Of a stretch of DNA of 64,000 nucleotides, positions 60,651 to 64,000 are shown piece after piece. The stretch is from Antedon mediterranea (taxonomy: Eukaryota; Animalia; Echinodermata), in the NCBI RefSeq assembly GCF_964355755.1, contig NC_092674.1:12214001-12278000 (forward strand), written 5' to 3'. Made by a program: the position numbers and the translations under genes. Each line of letters opens with the position of its first letter. Position 1 is the first letter of the stretch. The notes beneath the pieces were generated by a model. The model saw only the letters and a program-made list of their open reading frames with translations. It did no database searches and had not been told where the DNA came from.

Positions 60651-62184
60651 AATAGAATATCTTCCAACATCTACGGTATATAAATTATGCTTAATTCTGA
60701 GAAATGCAAACACAGTGCAAAAACTGTTGTGTATATAACTGTCCTGGTTACTCACCCTAGCGGTCCCAGATGTATTTCTTTTATTTATTTATTTATTTAT
60801 TTACAATCTCATTCAGAGCGGGGAACTTGCCACTTACAGAATTATAACAATTTACTCATGAGATAATATCTTTTCATATTTGTCTTTTAACATGAAAGGT
60901 TTTGATCAAACTATTTTTAAAGTTTATTTCTTTAGAAAGTTTTTTGGGTACCCTTATAACTACGGTAGCGACATTTGATTTGAAAATTGTTTTTTCTTGT
61001 TTATTTCATTGCAAAGTGAGCAAAATGCAAAATAATAGTGATAAAATTAAATTTAATTTCATTTAGACTAGCCACAATTCAGATTATCTTGCAGAAAAAT
61101 TATAAACTGTAAACACAGGTGAAAATCACTATAAAATAACTAAAATCGGATGGAAATTAGTTTAATTGGAAGATTGTAGATTGTCTTTTTGGTTGGCATC
61201 TGCAACAGCGCCATCATTTAGCTACATTATCTGTGTGAATCAGAAATGTTCAGGCTAGGGGCAGCCCAATTTTTCAGAACCTTATGGCCCACTTTTAAGC
61301 CAATATTTTTGAGAACCATATAGCCTACATAAGATAAGTCCTTGATTTTAGTTGTATAAATATGAAAAAAAAAAAAAATATAATACTGCATGATGCATCT
61401 AACATGTTTATAATGTTTAAATATTAATCTTGAAAGTAAATTTTTAAAACAATTTACTTAGTGCCTGTATTGGCATTTAACTATGCAGTGGTTGATGAAA
61501 ACTGGAAAAATGAAGTTTGAATAATTAATCTTTATCTAATTAAACTTTCAACATTAAAATATAGGTCACAAGATTTGTGTGTCATAAACACACTAATACT
61601 GTACTTAGAAAAGATATTGGTACCACTACAATGTATTTTACATTAAACTAAATTAATTGTCTATGTTTTTAAATCCAAATAGATGTTGTGAAAAAAGTTA
61701 TAGACCTGGAATTGTGTTATTTTGTATAGTATGTCTGTCTTTGAAAATATTATATGTTCTAATAATACCTTCATATCTGTTGTAAAAAAACATACTTTTG
61801 AAATATTCTAGTGTAGATCTTACTTGATTTGCTTAAAACATCTAAGTATACTCTTTGATATTGAGGTAGATTTAAGACAGATTGGTTTAATCAGGGAGTT
61901 GTACTCCCTGGTTCAATACATTGTAAAGGGAAAATTCATTGTTTATTTTTTTCATTAAAGGCTTTTGGGCATTTTCTTCCTCATATTTTAACTTTTGAAT
62001 CCGCCTCTGGGTATCACAACTAATGCATGACAATTTGCTTTTTTACAACATGTCATATATTTTAACATTCTACAATACAATAAACAGAAACTTGAACTTT
62101 ATTTATTTATTTCTGATAAAGATCCATACCATTGTGTGAATCAAGTTCATTGAATGGTTTGATTGAACAGAACAACTTAGGCTG

Positions 62185-62586
62185 TTTTGGTTGAATATGC
62201 CATTTTAATATCACATAATATTTATTCACTTTAACCAAAAATTGTATTGAAAACAAAAAATCATTTACATAAAAAATCTGTAATTTAAAGTCAACAGTTT
62301 TTTTTTGTCTTTTTATAAGTGTTTATTTTTTTTTTCTGTATAAGTGATTAATTAAAAAACTGCGAAATAGCCTTTTCAAAGTCTTTTTTATAAATTAATC
62401 TTTAATTTTCATATTTGGGGAACAGTTGCATCTTTAAAGAAAAACCTTTGTCTGATCAGTGAGTTTTTTACAACTCCCTTGTCTGATAGAGTATGTTTTG
62501 CTTTAATTTACAAAAGTTAATTTTGTGGACAAAGTGAATAACTATAGTATTATGTGACATTATTAAAATGGCATATTCAACAAAAA
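62185..62586. mobile_element. AT-rich foldback element; related fragments at ~32820-32912 and ~56060-56290
   Basis: gttgaatatgccattttaat..tcacataata..ttattcacttt is mirrored by aaagtgaataa..tattatgtga..attaaaatggcatattcaac. Confidence 0.65.
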
Positions 62587-64000
62587 ATAATAATATCTTA
62601 TATCCCAGTGTCTTAAACTTGTAATATCAATTTAATAATTAATTTAATATTAATTTTATTTCATATAAAAAGGTACTTTATTTATCCAACATTCACAGGA
62701 GATCTTAAATTGTACTGTATTCCTGTGACCTAGTTGCAATTGTTAATGGTAGACTACTTTTACAGTCTTACAATTTGTAACCTCTAATGTATGTTATGTA
62801 CTTTTAAATGATGAACAAACAACAATTATTGGTTTTCCTTTTTTTTGAAGAACACAGTATTGTATTGTATTTGTTTATATCGTTAACAATTAAGATTGTA
62901 AATAAGAAAATGTCAACAGACTAATTTTTGATTGAAACAATTTACAGTACACTGTCAGTATTGTCACGGTGGACTATGAGACACATTTTATCGAATATAT
63001 ACTAATATATAATTGCTGTTAAATGACATGAAGAAATGTCAAGATTTTGGTAGTTTAGTTTCTCTTATTTTATTGAAAACTAATTTTTTTTTTTTTTTTT
63101 TTTTCTCTAAAAGTCCAAATTTAGTTTAATTTTTATTATTACAAGAATGGGCCTATACATATTTTTATATATTTAAAAACAATAAAATGACAACATAAGA
63201 ATAATATTCTTATCAGTATTATTAAAATAAACTTTTAAATTGATAACTTCCTGTTATTATCATTAGTTTGTTTTAGTTGTTATTTAAATAAAGCTATGCA
63301 CTGTATATGTAACAAGTAGGTTATGCAGCAGACATAGGACACATTTCAAATAAAGGTGTCCTCAAGATATTACAGTTAAAAACACTCAATCCAGTTGTCC
63401 CTGTGCGATTTTTGGCTGCAATGCAAAATAATGGCTATTTTGAACAAATTACCATTTGAGCGCATTGTGAATTGATTATGGTAAATTTTTTTATTACAAT
63501 TTTATAAAAAAGGCTCTTTTCTTAATCGTAAAACTAAAAAATGAATCAGTTTTTTCAGTAAAGGTCTATAGTTGCATCTCAAGATGTGAAAGACAAGATA
63601 GTCAGTTGCATGTGCCCTTGTAAATCACTAAGTGAATCCTTGGTAGCATTACTCCTGACTGAATCATTAGCAGACTGGTGCATGCATATTTCATGTCAGC
63701 TATTTCATTTCCATATATGCATGTTTCATGCTTACCTTGTCAAAGCTATTATAAAAATCATTCATTTGATAGCGTTCTTTTGAATTATGTGATTACCTAT
63801 TTGAATTGATTCCTCGGTGATGGGTAGATCATTCAGTATTGAAATAAAACTTGCTGGGGGGAAAACTTATATAAGAATTATTTTGTTATGGTTTGAAAGG
63901 TGGAATTCTTTAATAAAGAAGTTTTGGATGTGAAGCCTAGGTCTACTGTTATCTAGCAAACAATGTATACAGACTCTAGTCTCTTGAGAGTGTTGACAAA

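Noticed and set aside
40125-63783. Many 60-90-aa AT-rich ORFs in the track
   Set aside because: Low-complexity F/I/L/K composition, non-ATG starts, and no motifs or splice-consistent partners.
57220-64000. Next integrin beta exon (expected NPC...C..PF motif)
   Set aside because: No phase-2 acceptor with a matching peptide was found; it probably lies beyond the window.

Overview
AT-rich, intron-containing animal genomic DNA (marine invertebrate, possibly an echinoderm; this is inference). There are two host genes, both on the + strand. The first is the last 11 coding exons of Mediator subunit MED12 (435-10732). The second is the first 6 coding exons of an integrin beta subunit (32530-57219: signal peptide, PSI, hybrid and betaI/MIDAS DLSRS), which continues beyond the window. 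The rest is dense with mobile DNA: an intact 4.4-kb Mag-like Ty3/Gypsy element with identical 129-bp LTRs; a 3.7-kb Sola2-like DNA transposon with an open 644-aa transposase ORF; a CR1-group LINE with an intact ORF2 but almost no ORF1; RTE and L2 fragments; a rearranged Penelope-like relic with hammerhead ribozymes; nested Helentron/DINE-1-like elements; and Kolobok, Harbinger, MULE, piggyBac, Tigger and Academ-like non-autonomous elements. The most notable unannotated signals are: (i) minimal hammerhead ribozymes on both strands of the last MED12 intron; (ii) a family of 15-23-bp CA..TG micro-hairpins, each flanked by a 7-bp duplication (probable P-element excision footprints); (iii) abundant TACAGTA/TACTGTA and TAGGCCTA motifs, some of which appear as insertions when paralogous copies are compared. 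All coordinates and translations were read by eye and no database searches were run.
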